From: Promethearchaeota archaeon
GTDB taxonomy: Archaea > Asgardarchaeota > Lokiarchaeia > Sigyniarchaeales > SOKP01
NCBI GenBank assembly: GCA_016839555.1
Contig: JAEOUA010000010.1
Span: 256,001 to 320,000, forward strand
Direction: 5' to 3'
Length of the DNA: 64,000 nt
The notes under the pieces were generated by a model. It was not told the origin of the DNA. It saw only the letters and a list, made by a program, of their open reading frames with translations, and made no database searches. Position numbers and translations under genes: made by a program. Shown piece after piece: positions 1-10,913 of this stretch. Within the stretch, counting starts at the first letter, position 1, and the number at the start of each line of letters is the position of its first letter.

Positions 1-2
1 AT

Positions 3-602
3 GATCCATTTTTATTAAATGCTCCTTCGGCAGAACTTAGAATGAATTTGATTAATTATACGAAAGATATTGGCTTAAATGAAAAAATAATTTACACATC
101 TCTAAATTATACTTGTACAGAAGAGGAAATCAATACTATTAAAAATTGTAAAATTAAATCTGCACTTCTTCAAGCCTTTAATCCACGAGATCCTAGAATT
201 TCTGGAATGATCAAGCTGTTGAGGGGATCTCTTAAACACGAAGGTCTCATAGAAAAAGCAAACAGGGCTGATTTAAAAAATTTATTGCTTTTTACCAACG
301 TATTAGATTTACCCTCTATAGGTGTAGCTTCAAGTGGTATTTATCAAATAAAAGAAAGATTTGGTTTACCAACAGGAACTGCTCCCGTAGGAATAATAAG
401 CAAATGGTGTTTAAATACTGATGAATTCAGAGGAAATTTTAAGTTAGCATGCGAAGCAACAGGAATAACCTTAGCACAAGCAATGGGAGCAGATTTTATC
501 ATTTATGGAGCTCTCAAAAAAGCAGAATATATTTTTCCTGCTGCAAAAATTATCGATGAGATGATCGCTTATAACTCAAGAATTACTTTTTATAATGTTT
601 AG
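3..602 (+). CDS. mtrH: Tetrahydromethanopterin S-methyltransferase subunit H (MtrH/MtxH)-like protein, 5'-truncated by the window edge
   Basis: The frame is open from position 3 (DPFLLNAPSAELR) into the listed ORF. Motifs 'IIYTSLN', 'IKERFGLPTG' and 'AQAMGADFIIYG' match the MtrH C-terminal half. Confidence 0.75.
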   Translation, partial: DPFLLNAPSAELRMNLINYTKDIGLNEKIIYTSLNYTCTEEEINTIKNCKIKSALLQAFNPRDPRISGMIKLLRGSLKHEGLIEKANRADLKNLLLFTNVLDLPSIGVASSGIYQIKERFGLPTGTAPVGIISKWCLNTDEFRGNFKLACEATGITLAQAMGADFIIYGALKKAEYIFPAAKIIDEMIAYNSRITFYNV

Positions 603-691
603 TCTATAATAATAATGAAAATAATAAAAATATCAAATAATTTAGAGGAAAAATAAGGATATTATTTTCTAAATAATTAATTGATAAGAAA

Positions 692-1606
692 TCATTCCTT
701 TTCCCAGATGTAAGTGTAGTAATTAAACATATCTGTATAACTTGGATTTTCAATTATTACTTCACATTGTGCGTTTTCTTCTTTTACTATCGATTTTATT
801 CTTTCAATAGGTGAGTCTTCAGTAGAAATAAAGCCTATTGATTCTCCCCCTTTCTCAAACAATCTATTGCCTATAAGATAATCTGTTATTCTTCTATTTA
901 TTTTTGCTGTAGTGGAGGTTAATCGTACTGTTTTTGGGACTTTTCCTAATAATCCTTTAGGGGTATCAATCGTAATTATATCGCTTCCCAATTCTGTACC
1001 TCGCATAAAAGCTATTCTATCAGCTATTTCGGCGTTAATTGGGTTATGAGTAGATAAGATTATCGTTTTACCTGCATCTTTCTCTTTTAATAGAAGATCG
1101 TGAAAAACACGAATCATTGATAGATCCAGACCCGTAGTTGGTTCGTCAAAAATTAAAATTGGGGTATCAATAGTTAATGCAATGATTAATTCTATTTTTC
1201 TTTTCATACCACCTGAATAATTTTTGACTAATTTTTTAAGTTCTTCTTTAATTTCAAACTTATTTACGAGATCTTTCCATTTATCAGTAGATCTTTCATG
1301 TAATCTTGTGAAAAATTGAATATTCTCTTCTCCATTCAGAAAATCTATTACCATAGATCCTTGTAATAAAAAACTAATTTGCTTTTTTACATCCATAGAT
1401 AATGGTGATTTTCCATTTATTAGAACTTCTCCTTCTGTTGGAATGATACCACCAGTAAGACAACAGAGTAAAATGGTCTTACCCACTCCATTAGGGCCCA
1501 TAAGAACCAATATTTCATTTTCATTTACATCTAAGTTGATATTCTCCAGTACCCTATCCTCTTCAAAGTCTTTCTTAATATTTTTTGCAGTGATTATTGC
1601 ATTCAA
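692..1606 (-). CDS. ABC transporter ATP-binding protein (ABC-2/DrrA type)
   Basis: Walker A GPNGVGKT, signature YSGGMKR, Walker B LIFDEPT, H-loop STH. Confidence 0.93.
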   Translation of the reverse strand: MNAIITAKNIKKDFEEDRVLENINLDVNENEILVLMGPNGVGKTILLCCLTGGIIPTEGEVLINGKSPLSMDVKKQISFLLQGSMVIDFLNGEENIQFFTRLHERSTDKWKDLVNKFEIKEELKKLVKNYSGGMKRKIELIIALTIDTPILIFDEPTTGLDLSMIRVFHDLLLKEKDAGKTIILSTHNPINAEIADRIAFMRGTELGSDIITIDTPKGLLGKVPKTVRLTSTTAKINRRITDYLIGNRLFEKGGESIGFISTEDSPIERIKSIVKEENAQCEVIIENPSYTDMFNYYTYIWEKE

Positions 1607-1607
1607 T

Positions 1608-2450
1608 TTAATCCCTCGTTTTAGTGAATTTTTTTTGATATTGATATTTACGTATCAAAAGATAACCAACCAATAAAAACAGAATTCCATAAATTAATAA
1701 AATGATTAAAAACCAGGGATTTGCTGGCATATCAGGAGGGCTGACATTCGCATCTTCATATCTGAATCCTGAAAAATTAATTAGACATAAAGTAATTATT
1801 CTCGTAGCTAATGAATTAGGAATTATATTCAACATCCATTTAGGTCCCGGAAACATAGATGTTAAGGTTCCATTATATCCAGTAATAAAAAAGAGGAGCA
1901 TTAATATTACTAGCGAAAATCCTACGGCATAATTAGGATTATTGGTTAGATTTGCTATGATAAGCCCAATTCCCATACCTATAAAACTTAATAATAATAA
2001 TGATAAGAGTATAACGGGGATAGAAAACAATGGATGAATCATAATTCTTCCTCCGATAAAATAAGCGATAATAATTATAATTCCAAATGATAGGCAGCCA
2101 AATATAAACCCTGTAAAAAAGCGGCCAAGAAAATCTGCCAGAGGATTAATTGGATATGACCTATAAAGCCGATACCTTTTTAAATTAATATCTTCAGCAA
2201 AATCAATAGAGAATCCCACCAAAGTACTCGTTAATACGGCGAATATTCCCATGCTTACCGCAGTTATTCCTATAGCTACTCCGAAAGCTTCTCCACCAGG
2301 AGTATAGGGTGCTATAAATAAAAAGACTGATAAAAAAAACCAAAACAGTGGCCAGACAAACAACCAAAATAGTACCATTTTATTTCGAATAATTTCACGA
2401 AAAGATCTGATGACGAATGCCCAAACTTGTCTAAAAAATTGTTTATTCAT
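1608..2450 (-). CDS. ABC-2 type permease
   Basis: About 6 hydrophobic TM segments; lies directly upstream of the ATPase (1-bp gap). Confidence 0.88.
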   Translation of the reverse strand: MNKQFFRQVWAFVIRSFREIIRNKMVLFWLFVWPLFWFFLSVFLFIAPYTPGGEAFGVAIGITAVSMGIFAVLTSTLVGFSIDFAEDINLKRYRLYRSYPINPLADFLGRFFTGFIFGCLSFGIIIIIAYFIGGRIMIHPLFSIPVILLSLLLLSFIGMGIGLIIANLTNNPNYAVGFSLVILMLLFFITGYNGTLTSMFPGPKWMLNIIPNSLATRIITLCLINFSGFRYEDANVSPPDMPANPWFLIILLIYGILFLLVGYLLIRKYQYQKKFTKTRD

Positions 2451-2615
2451 TTGATTTTTTTTTTTTTTATGATAGTTATTTATATATTTTTTTTAGAATA
2501 TAAAAACAATTTCTAATCCAATTTTTATTTTTACAATTTTTATTAAATGATATGATATTACACTTATAATAAATAATTTTGAAAATTAAACTAAAAGGAA
2601 AAATAAAATTTAGCG

Positions 2616-4298
2616 ATGAGCGAAAATATTAAATTTATCTATAAGGAGGAGTACTGGTTTATTAGTGCTTTTATTAATAGTATAAAAGTGGATATATCAG
2701 AAATTTCACAAAAGCTTGAAAATGCTATTAAAATGCGAATTTCTCAAATAACAAAAAAGGATGCTTATCGCCCAGAATTTGCCGATGAACTGCTTAATAT
2801 GGCGAAAAATATTTCACTTAATTGTCAATGGGTTGAATGCATTGATAATTTTCCCTATTATAACGAAAATACAAACAAATTTTACAATTCTTTAGGATAT
2901 TTTTATTTTGAAGTGGAGTATTATAAAAATAATCCTGAAAAGAAGAAACTCATTAAATCTAATTTAATTCAACAGATTCCTGGAATAATTTTATCTGAAT
3001 TGAAGAGAGAGAGTATCTTCTCACAGGAGGAAGTCTATTTTGATTTAGAAAGCCAAATTTTTATTTTTGCTACGTCTAATAATACAAACCCTCTTAAAAT
3101 CGAATGGACTAAAAATAAGATAGAGGAACATGATAAAGAACTTTCTTATTGGACGGTGTTATATTCAGGACAATGGGAAGATTATTCACCGAAGTTATAT
3201 AGAGATCGCGTTCAAGATAACTTATCTAATCGTCTTTCGGAATTGCATTTTATTAATAGAAACTCGGGATTTGTGTATATGGCAGAAGATAATTATGAAC
3301 GCTTTTTTGATTCGTATATGAAAGAAAATGTGCTACAGTCCACAGCCAAATTCAGAGCAATTATTTTTTCATTAAGAGAAATAAACAACTCCTTAGATTA
3401 TTTATTCTTGAATACCCATTCTGAAGCTTTACAAGATATTGGAATTTTAGAGGAAAAAATAAAAAATTTAAGATTTTTAAGAGGCGTTCTACAAAATACC
3501 TTAAGTTTAATCTATAATGAACTAGATTATAATAGAAGACAACATTACACTTCTGTACTAAAGCACCTAATTACAAAATTCGATTTGGATAATATAAAAG
3601 AGAGAGTAAACAATAAATTTAATTTAATTTACGATACTATGCAAGAGATTTATCAAAGACGTGCTGAACAAGATCAAGAAAAAACAGAGAAAGCATTAAA
3701 TATATTGAATTTTCTCTTAGGTGCAGGAATTATAGCTGATTTAGCGGGACTATTAATGACTACATTTGGATTAAGTGAAGGAGATTTTCCAGCAATATTT
3801 TTAAATGGTTTAATAGCGATTTTCATATCTTCTGTACTTGTATTTGCATTTATATATTACGCGTTAGTTAAATATAAGATTAAAAAAAAGAATATAAGAA
3901 GAGCTGTTGATGGTGTAATCCTTGATGGAAAGGGAAATATTCTATTAATTAAACGGAAATATCCTCCATTTAAGGATTTTTATGCCCTTCCAGGAGGATT
4001 TATAGAAAAAGGAGAGTCTCCAAAACAAGCAATAATGCGGGAAATAAAAGAAGAGACTAATTTGGAAGTAGAAATTGTTGAAAAAATTGGTGTTTATGAT
4101 AAACCTGGTAGAGATCCACGTGGTGAAATTCATTCCACAGCTTTTCTCTGTAAAATTATTGGTGATATCTCTAAATTAAAAGCAAGTATGGATTCAAAGG
4201 ACGCAAGTTTCACCCCCATAATGGAATTAAATCATATAAAATTTGCCTTTGATCATAAACAAATACTAAGAGATGCAGAACTTATCAAACAAGATTAG
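2616..4298 (+). CDS. Fusion protein: large soluble N-terminal domain + long helix + 2 TM (CorA-like topology) + C-terminal Nudix hydrolase (ADP-ribose pyrophosphatase-like)
   Basis: Intact Nudix box GGFIEKGESPKQAIMREIKEETNL plus PGRDPRG and AFDH motifs; two TM helices (LNILNFLLGAGIIADLAGLLM; AIFLNGLIAIFISSVLVFAFIYYALV) come before it. Confidence 0.8.
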   Translation: MSENIKFIYKEEYWFISAFINSIKVDISEISQKLENAIKMRISQITKKDAYRPEFADELLNMAKNISLNCQWVECIDNFPYYNENTNKFYNSLGYFYFEVEYYKNNPEKKKLIKSNLIQQIPGIILSELKRESIFSQEEVYFDLESQIFIFATSNNTNPLKIEWTKNKIEEHDKELSYWTVLYSGQWEDYSPKLYRDRVQDNLSNRLSELHFINRNSGFVYMAEDNYERFFDSYMKENVLQSTAKFRAIIFSLREINNSLDYLFLNTHSEALQDIGILEEKIKNLRFLRGVLQNTLSLIYNELDYNRRQHYTSVLKHLITKFDLDNIKERVNNKFNLIYDTMQEIYQRRAEQDQEKTEKALNILNFLLGAGIIADLAGLLMTTFGLSEGDFPAIFLNGLIAIFISSVLVFAFIYYALVKYKIKKKNIRRAVDGVILDGKGNILLIKRKYPPFKDFYALPGGFIEKGESPKQAIMREIKEETNLEVEIVEKIGVYDKPGRDPRGEIHSTAFLCKIIGDISKLKASMDSKDASFTPIMELNHIKFAFDHKQILRDAELIKQD

Positions 4299-4478
4299 AA
4301 TTCGTGAACAAGAAGTAATAATAAAATATGACAAAGATTTTATTTAATTATGAGGGAACGCCTAGATTTTTTATAAACTAGATTCCGTTTTTTTTTCTTT
4401 ACCTTCACTTTTATCTGTGTCTTCTATATCGCGTTTTATTTTTTCTTTTTCCTCTTTTTCATTTCTTTCTTGTTTCTC

Positions 4479-5174
4479 TTATGTGTTTTTTTCTTCTTTT
4501 TTCTCTTCTTTCTCGGGTGGTTTAGGTGGGGGTTTAGGTTTTCGGGAAATGATTACCTTTGCATATCTAAGGATATCATCTTTAAATTTCCACCCTTCTT
4601 GAAGTATGTCAATAATAGTATTATTGGGAAGATCATCTCTTTCTAGAGAACTTAGTGCTTCATGTTTATCATAATCAAAATTATCTCCTTCCTTAGTTTC
4701 TAATGGTTGAGCGCCATAAGACTTTAATATATTCATAAATTGCTTATAGAATCCTGTTAATGGATTATTATCATCCAAATCTTTATTAGCACTTCTAAAA
4801 GAATCATATAAAGGTAAAAAATTTCTTAACACGTTAGCTGTATATTGGGTCATTAGTGATTTGCGAGCTTTATCCCATCGCTTCTGCGAGTTTTCGAATT
4901 CTGCCTGAAGGCGCATATATTTATCCTGCCATTCCTCATTTTTGTCTTTTAATTCCTGATTTTCTTTCTCTAAGTTAGATAAGTTTTCTTTGATTTTGAT
5001 AATTTTGTTTATCAACTCCTCTTTAGATAATTCTTTCAGTTCTAATCTGTATTTCTCCTCTTCATCAAGTTCTTTTTCTTTTTCAATTTCGATCTCATTT
5101 TCTTGCCTTTCTTTTTCCTCTGTTTGCTCGCCTATTTCAACCGAATTTTTACTTGCTTCTTCTTTATTATTCAT
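4479..5174 (-). CDS. grpE: Nucleotide exchange factor GrpE
   Basis: YMRLQAEFENSQKR, FLPLYDSF, FDYDKHEAL, ILQEGWKFKDDILRYAKVII; adjacent to dnaK. Confidence 0.95.
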   Translation of the reverse strand: MNNKEEASKNSVEIGEQTEEKERQENEIEIEKEKELDEEEKYRLELKELSKEELINKIIKIKENLSNLEKENQELKDKNEEWQDKYMRLQAEFENSQKRWDKARKSLMTQYTANVLRNFLPLYDSFRSANKDLDDNNPLTGFYKQFMNILKSYGAQPLETKEGDNFDYDKHEALSSLERDDLPNNTIIDILQEGWKFKDDILRYAKVIISRKPKPPPKPPEKEEKKEEKNT

Positions 5175-5235
5175 TCCTCAATCTTATGATAATAAATCTT
5201 TTAAGTAAATTATAGAAAAATTTCTTTAAAGTTTT

Positions 5236-5319
5236 TTGATTTAGAGAGCATTTTAAATATGATCGTAATGCGTGTTATTTTTTAAATATCTTTTAATATA
5301 TCTTGATTTAGAGATCATT
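5236..5319. promoter_or_regulatory. Pair of 17-bp direct repeats TTGATTTAGAGA(G/T)CATT in the grpE-dnaK divergent promoter
   Basis: Copies at 5236-5252 and 5303-5319, 16/17 identical. Confidence 0.45.
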
Positions 5320-5437
5320 ATAAGCAAAAAATTTTAAAATTTCGTTTCTTTTAGTTTATTAAGCAAATTAATTAAATCATTATTTTATTAATCATAATTT
5401 GAATTAAGCTATTATTTTTAAAAAGTGAAAATTAACT

Positions 5438-7435
5438 ATGAGTGAAGGAGAAAAGAAAAAGAAGAAGCGAACAAGAAAGGAAAGAATAATTGGTATCGAT
5501 CTGGGAACCAGTAATAGTGCCTGCGCAGTTTTAAATGCTGTCGGTAAACCAGAAATTGTCCCCGCGGCAGAGGGAAGGACTCTGGGTGGGAAAGCTTTTC
5601 CATCTTATGTGGCATTTGATGAGGAAGGAAGAAAAATAGTGGGTGAGCCAGCTCGTAGACAAGCATTGTCAAATCCGGATGGTACAATAACAGGGATTAA
5701 ACGTAAAATGGGAACAAGCTATAAAGCTGAAATAAAAGTAGGTAGTGAAATAAAGGAATTTACACCCGAAGAGATCAGTGCAATGATTCTTAAAAAGATT
5801 AAAAACGATGCTTCAGATTATTTAGGAGAAGAAGTTCAAAAGGCAGTGATAACGGTTCCTGCATATTTTAATGATGCCCAACGTACATCTACAAAAAATG
5901 CGGGAGAAATCGCAGGCCTAGAAGTTGTTCGGATGATTAATGAACCTACTGCTGCTTGTTTAGCTTACGGATTAGATAGAGTTTCTGATGAATTATTAAA
6001 AATTTGTGTTTTAGACCTTGGAGGAGGAACATTCGACATAACATTAATGGAATATGGAGAGGGAGTTGTTGAAGTGCTTTCTACTGCAGGTGATACGCAA
6101 TTAGGTGGAAGAGATATGGATGATAAAATCACCGATTGGATCGCTGACCAATTTGAACAAAAAGAAGGTATTAATTTGAGTAATGACAAGAAAGCCATGA
6201 TTAGAGTAAAAGACGCCGCTGAAAAGGCAAAAATAGAACTTTCTACCACATTATCAACCACGATTAATCTGCCGTATATTTCTCAAAGACAGGGAGAACC
6301 TGTTCATTTAGAGATGGAATTAACAAGATCAAAATTGGAACAACTGGTAGAACCTGTCTTAAAGCGCCTAGATCCCATAATGAGAAGATCAATAGATGAT
6401 AGCAAATTATCCATAAATCAAATCGATAAAATCATATTAGTAGGTGGTCCTACACGGATGCCATGCGTTCAAGAGAGATTTCAGAAATTCTTTAATAAAG
6501 AACCAGAACATTCTGTTGATCCTATGGAATGCGTGGCGATTGGAGCTGCAATTCAAGCTGGTGTTATTGCAGGAGAGATTGATGATTTACTCTTATTAGA
6601 TGTGACTCCTCTTTCCTTAGGCGTAGAAACTTTAGGGGGGGTAAATACAAAATTAATTGAACGAAATACAACAATCCCTACTGAAAAGAAAAAAATATTT
6701 TCTACAGCAACAGATAATCAGCCTGCGGTGACAATTAATGTGCTTCAAGGGGAAAGAGCAATGGCAAATGATAATATTTCACTCGGGCAATTCCATTTGA
6801 CTGGAATTCCACCAGCTCCACGAGGAATACCACAAATAGAAGTTAAATTTTCCATCGATGCCGATGGGATTGTTCATGTGACTGCTAAGGATTTGGGAAC
6901 TGGAAAAGAACAAGGAATAACAGTTACCGGCGCGAAAGGACTTTCTGAGGATGAAATCCAGCGCAAAGTAAGAGAAGCAGAAAAATATGAAGAAGAAGAT
7001 AAAAAACTAAAAGAATTAATTGAGGCAAAAAACAATGCTGAATCTATGATTTATCAAACTCGAAAATTAATGGAAGAAAACAAAGACAAAATTCAAGAGG
7101 ATGAAAAACAACAGATTGAAAGCGCCATTAAATCTTTAGAAGAAGATGTAAAAACCGATGATGTTAATCGTATTAAGGCAGGAACAGAAAATCTGCAAAC
7201 GTCAATTCACGGGTTTTCTCAAAGAGTTTATGCTCAACAGGGACAACAGCAAGCCTATCAGCAAGCTGCAGAGCAAGCACAGAGAGCCGCTCAGGGCGCT
7301 GGTGATGTTCCACCAGGAGGGATGGGAGGAGCCACACCGAAAGGATCTGGAGGAGCCTCTTATAAATCTAAGAAGGATAAAGAATCCGAAGAAAAAGAAA
7401 ACGTGGTTGACGTTGAATGGGATGACGAGGAATAA
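5438..7435 (+). CDS. dnaK: Chaperone DnaK (Hsp70)
   Basis: [44 protein letters not shown]; short form lacking the N-terminal insertion, as in archaea and Gram-positives. Confidence 0.99.
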   Translation: MSEGEKKKKKRTRKERIIGIDLGTSNSACAVLNAVGKPEIVPAAEGRTLGGKAFPSYVAFDEEGRKIVGEPARRQALSNPDGTITGIKRKMGTSYKAEIKVGSEIKEFTPEEISAMILKKIKNDASDYLGEEVQKAVITVPAYFNDAQRTSTKNAGEIAGLEVVRMINEPTAACLAYGLDRVSDELLKICVLDLGGGTFDITLMEYGEGVVEVLSTAGDTQLGGRDMDDKITDWIADQFEQKEGINLSNDKKAMIRVKDAAEKAKIELSTTLSTTINLPYISQRQGEPVHLEMELTRSKLEQLVEPVLKRLDPIMRRSIDDSKLSINQIDKIILVGGPTRMPCVQERFQKFFNKEPEHSVDPMECVAIGAAIQAGVIAGEIDDLLLLDVTPLSLGVETLGGVNTKLIERNTTIPTEKKKIFSTATDNQPAVTINVLQGERAMANDNISLGQFHLTGIPPAPRGIPQIEVKFSIDADGIVHVTAKDLGTGKEQGITVTGAKGLSEDEIQRKVREAEKYEEEDKKLKELIEAKNNAESMIYQTRKLMEENKDKIQEDEKQQIESAIKSLEEDVKTDDVNRIKAGTENLQTSIHGFSQRVYAQQGQQQAYQQAAEQAQRAAQGAGDVPPGGMGGATPKGSGGASYKSKKDKESEEKENVVDVEWDDEE

Positions 7436-7608
7436 GATTTAAATTGCCTAATTTCTTTTTAACCTCTTTCCTTTTTAGTTTATTTTAGATCTTTTTATTT
7501 TATTCTATTTAGAATATATTAAATGAATTTTTTATAAAACTAATATATATTCCATATAGCATTGATATTATAAAACCAAATTTTGGTGATAATTGTAGAT
7601 AGATTACA

Positions 7609-9006
7609 TCATTCCTCCAATCTTTTGTCATATATCTTTTTCATCTCATTTTTTACCCGTTCTAGTTTTTCACCACGTAATGGAAAAAAAAGTAAAAGCA
7701 AAAATCCAATAATTAAGAGAATGATGGGAATGAGTGCAGTTCCTACTTGAATCCCAAGAACTGCTTCTTCGGTTTGAGTTATAGCTGCTCCATTATATCC
7801 CATTGAAGTTATGATCAAGGTAAAAAGGAATATCATAATGGATTTACTTGGTGATGTAAATATTGCATTTATTCCTAGAAATGTGCCTTCATTTCTATTT
7901 CCTGTCTTTAATTCGTTTTCATCAATAACATTCCCAAAAATGGGCGAAGAAAGGATCCAAAAAGCGGCATTACCCATATTAACAATGAGGTAAAATATTA
8001 TTGATAATATAAAAATTCTAGATAATAAAAGACCAAGAAACGCTATAATATTCATCGATAAAAATATCATAAGAGTTTTTCTTGGGCCGAGTCTTTTAGT
8101 GACGACTTGCACAAAGTAATATGCGAAAAATGTAAAGGGTAATGTAATACCACTCACCAAGGCAACTAGAGTTCCCGCAACCCCAACAACATCTTCAAAA
8201 TAAAAAACTTGGAAGGTTATCACTGTTGAGGTAACTGCACCCACTACAAATTGAAGAAGGATGTAAAATATAAATGATTTCGATTTATATACTTCCTTTA
8301 TTAATGATTTAATTTTAGGAAATGTTTGTCCATAGTATAATTTGGAAGGTTCTTTGATCCCATTCACACCTAAAAATGCAACTCCCACAGCAATAACTCC
8401 CACAATAATAAATACAATATAGAGCACTGATAAAGGAGTAGTTCCTGTAAAAAAAAGTAATATTAACAAGTAAGAAATAATTCCCAAAATTGTTTGGAAA
8501 ACTAAGCTTGTAGTTACAATTGAAGCTCTCTCACTATCATCATCCGTGACCGTAATTATAAGGGCCGTCCTATTAATACCATGCATGGCATATCCAGTGT
8601 CATATATAGCTAAGCCAATAAGTAAACAAATAAAAATCATTATATGAGGAACGTAGGGATTCATAGAAATTATTAAAAAATATCCAATGCCTAACAGAGG
8701 AATGGCTCTGTATAACCATAACTTTCGTTTTCCTTTTCCTTCAACTGGTTTAGTTCGATCTGAAAAATATCCTATTATTGGATCATTAATGGAATTTATA
8801 ATTGCAAATAATAATTGCACGATTCCAAACCAAAGTGCGGGAAATAATATAAAATCTGTATAGAATTTTAACAACGCACCATCTATCATACTCCCTATAA
8901 ATGTAAATCCTGCTATTGAAATCCCGAAATAAGCCTTTTGGCTAAAGGGAACTTTATGAATTGTATTATTTATATCTTTAGGGCTATTATTCTTTCTTTT
9001 AGACAT
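7609..9006 (-). CDS. MFS transporter, glycoside-pentoside-hexuronide (MelB/GPH) family
   Basis: NSINDPIIGYFSDRT...GKRK, NVIDENELKTGNRNEG, ~12 TM. Confidence 0.88.
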   Translation of the reverse strand: MSKRKNNSPKDINNTIHKVPFSQKAYFGISIAGFTFIGSMIDGALLKFYTDFILFPALWFGIVQLLFAIINSINDPIIGYFSDRTKPVEGKGKRKLWLYRAIPLLGIGYFLIISMNPYVPHIMIFICLLIGLAIYDTGYAMHGINRTALIITVTDDDSERASIVTTSLVFQTILGIISYLLILLFFTGTTPLSVLYIVFIIVGVIAVGVAFLGVNGIKEPSKLYYGQTFPKIKSLIKEVYKSKSFIFYILLQFVVGAVTSTVITFQVFYFEDVVGVAGTLVALVSGITLPFTFFAYYFVQVVTKRLGPRKTLMIFLSMNIIAFLGLLLSRIFILSIIFYLIVNMGNAAFWILSSPIFGNVIDENELKTGNRNEGTFLGINAIFTSPSKSIMIFLFTLIITSMGYNGAAITQTEEAVLGIQVGTALIPIILLIIGFLLLLFFPLRGEKLERVKNEMKKIYDKRLEE

Positions 9007-9147
9007 TGAAATTAATTCCTAAATTTTTTTAATTATTATTTTATTCTTTTTTTTAAAAATAAAAATTATTTCCTTCCATCAAAGAAATTATATCTCTTTA
9101 TATTTTTTGTTGAAATTGAATGCTTAAATTATATCATATATTTTTTC

Positions 9148-10740
9148 TTATAATGCGGCTCTTTTATGTGAATAGTGAGGATTATCACTATTTCTTAGAT
9201 ACCAAGATAATAACTGTTCTTTTAAAGATTTAATAACATCTGAATATTGAGGGTCATCAATTAAATTAACAAATTCTTGAGGATCTTCTTTAAGATTATA
9301 TAACTCTTCCTTTGCTTCTGGCATACTTCGAATATTTAATTTCCATTCTTTTGTCCGGATCATTGTTGTACGGCAACTTGTGTTCAGATAATCATGAGTA
9401 ATTTCAATTTTATCAAAATATATTCCCGTTAATGGAGTTTCAGGAGAGGGAATCTTTTCTTCGAATGCTTGAGGTTCTCTAGAATCATAACCACCTTGTG
9501 CATAAACAACATCTCTGTGAGTATCGAGTTCTCCTTTCAGTAAGGGTAGCAGAGATTTACTGAAATGAGTATATTTTGTATTTATTTGAGCAACTTCAAG
9601 TAATGTTGCAAAAATATCTATTGTTTGAGTTAATTCTGTATTGATTGATTTTTTTGGTTTAATTCCAGGAATTTTAACGACTAATGGGACATTTAGCAAG
9701 CAGTCATGCATACCCGTTGACCATTTCTCTGTTAAACCATAGCTTCCAGCATAATCTCCATGATCGGAAAAGAAAGTAATTGCAGTATTATCATATTCTC
9801 CGATTTCTTTTAATTTGTCAATAATTTGTCCAAATAGATCATCAACTTTTGAGATCATTCCATAATAAACAGCTAATATCTCTTTAAAATCATTTTCTGT
9901 AATTTTATCCAACCCATACCTTGAGCGCATTAATTTCATAAATTCTGGTTTATCTTCATAAAAATTAGGATTATTCATTAATTCTGATGGAAATGGGAGT
10001 GGAATCTTTTTTCGATCATACATAGAGAAGTAAGGCTCTTCAACACTATAAGGAGGATGCGGCAAATTAAGAGCAATGTATAAACAAAATGGTTTCTTTA
10101 TTCTCCTTCTTTTTTTAGAAAATTTATCAAAATATTTCAGAGCAGCTTTAATTATTGCATTATCGAAATTATTTTGAGCTTGTTCTTCTGAACACTTTCC
10201 ATAGTAGAAACTTTTTCGCATTGGATGATCAATAGCCCAAGGATTAAGTGGCCAGAATTTTGAGAGAGTTTCTAACATTTCTGGCGGAGGAGTCAAATTT
10301 TTAAGCGACGATCGTAATTTCGGAAGGATTTTTATTAATTTAAAAAAACCTATATGTAGTATAGCAGAGCGAATCAATCGTTTCATTACATTTATCCTTT
10401 TACTAACACTTACTCTAATTGCTTTTTCATGAAAGAGATCATTGCGCCCAATCCAAATGACCTCATAACCCTTTTCTTTCAGAAATTTAAAGAGATTTTC
10501 ATCATCGGGGCGTAGAAGTTGAAATAGTGAACGGTGGGCTCCTGCCATAGGATAAGTTCCAGTAAAAGTGCATACTCGGGAGGGTCCACAGACAGGATTA
10601 ACACTGAAATTATTAGTAAAAATAACCCCGTCATTGGCAATACTTCTTATATTAGGTATTTTAACATTTGGATTCTGAATTACATCGCCTCTCATCTCAT
10701 CGGGAACGAAAATCAAAAGATTAGGAAGACTCATAATCAA
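9148..10740 (-). CDS. Formylglycine-dependent sulfatase (arylsulfatase/choline-sulfatase family), cytoplasmic
   Basis: PNLLIFVPDEMR, C-x-P-x-R motif (CGPSR), LPHPPY, FFSDHG, ELYNLKEDPQE; no signal peptide. Confidence 0.92.
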   Translation of the reverse strand: MIMSLPNLLIFVPDEMRGDVIQNPNVKIPNIRSIANDGVIFTNNFSVNPVCGPSRVCTFTGTYPMAGAHRSLFQLLRPDDENLFKFLKEKGYEVIWIGRNDLFHEKAIRVSVSKRINVMKRLIRSAILHIGFFKLIKILPKLRSSLKNLTPPPEMLETLSKFWPLNPWAIDHPMRKSFYYGKCSEEQAQNNFDNAIIKAALKYFDKFSKKRRRIKKPFCLYIALNLPHPPYSVEEPYFSMYDRKKIPLPFPSELMNNPNFYEDKPEFMKLMRSRYGLDKITENDFKEILAVYYGMISKVDDLFGQIIDKLKEIGEYDNTAITFFSDHGDYAGSYGLTEKWSTGMHDCLLNVPLVVKIPGIKPKKSINTELTQTIDIFATLLEVAQINTKYTHFSKSLLPLLKGELDTHRDVVYAQGGYDSREPQAFEEKIPSPETPLTGIYFDKIEITHDYLNTSCRTTMIRTKEWKLNIRSMPEAKEELYNLKEDPQEFVNLIDDPQYSDVIKSLKEQLLSWYLRNSDNPHYSHKRAAL

Positions 10741-10913
10741 TTTATTAAAAATTTAATTAATAAAAACTTTTGACATTTGTTATAATTTAAAAAGTCTAAA
10801 AGGATGATTTTATTTAAATTTTAAATAGATAATTAACCTATATCTATAAATGAAGGTTAAATTAATTTTGAATTAAAAAGATTTTATAAAAATTAAAAAA
10901 ATAAAATGAGAGT

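Noticed and set aside
5438-5485. NLS-like basic stretch at the DnaK N-terminus
   Set aside because: An archaeon has no nucleus, and Lys-rich ends are common in this AT-rich genome. Noted only as an extension.
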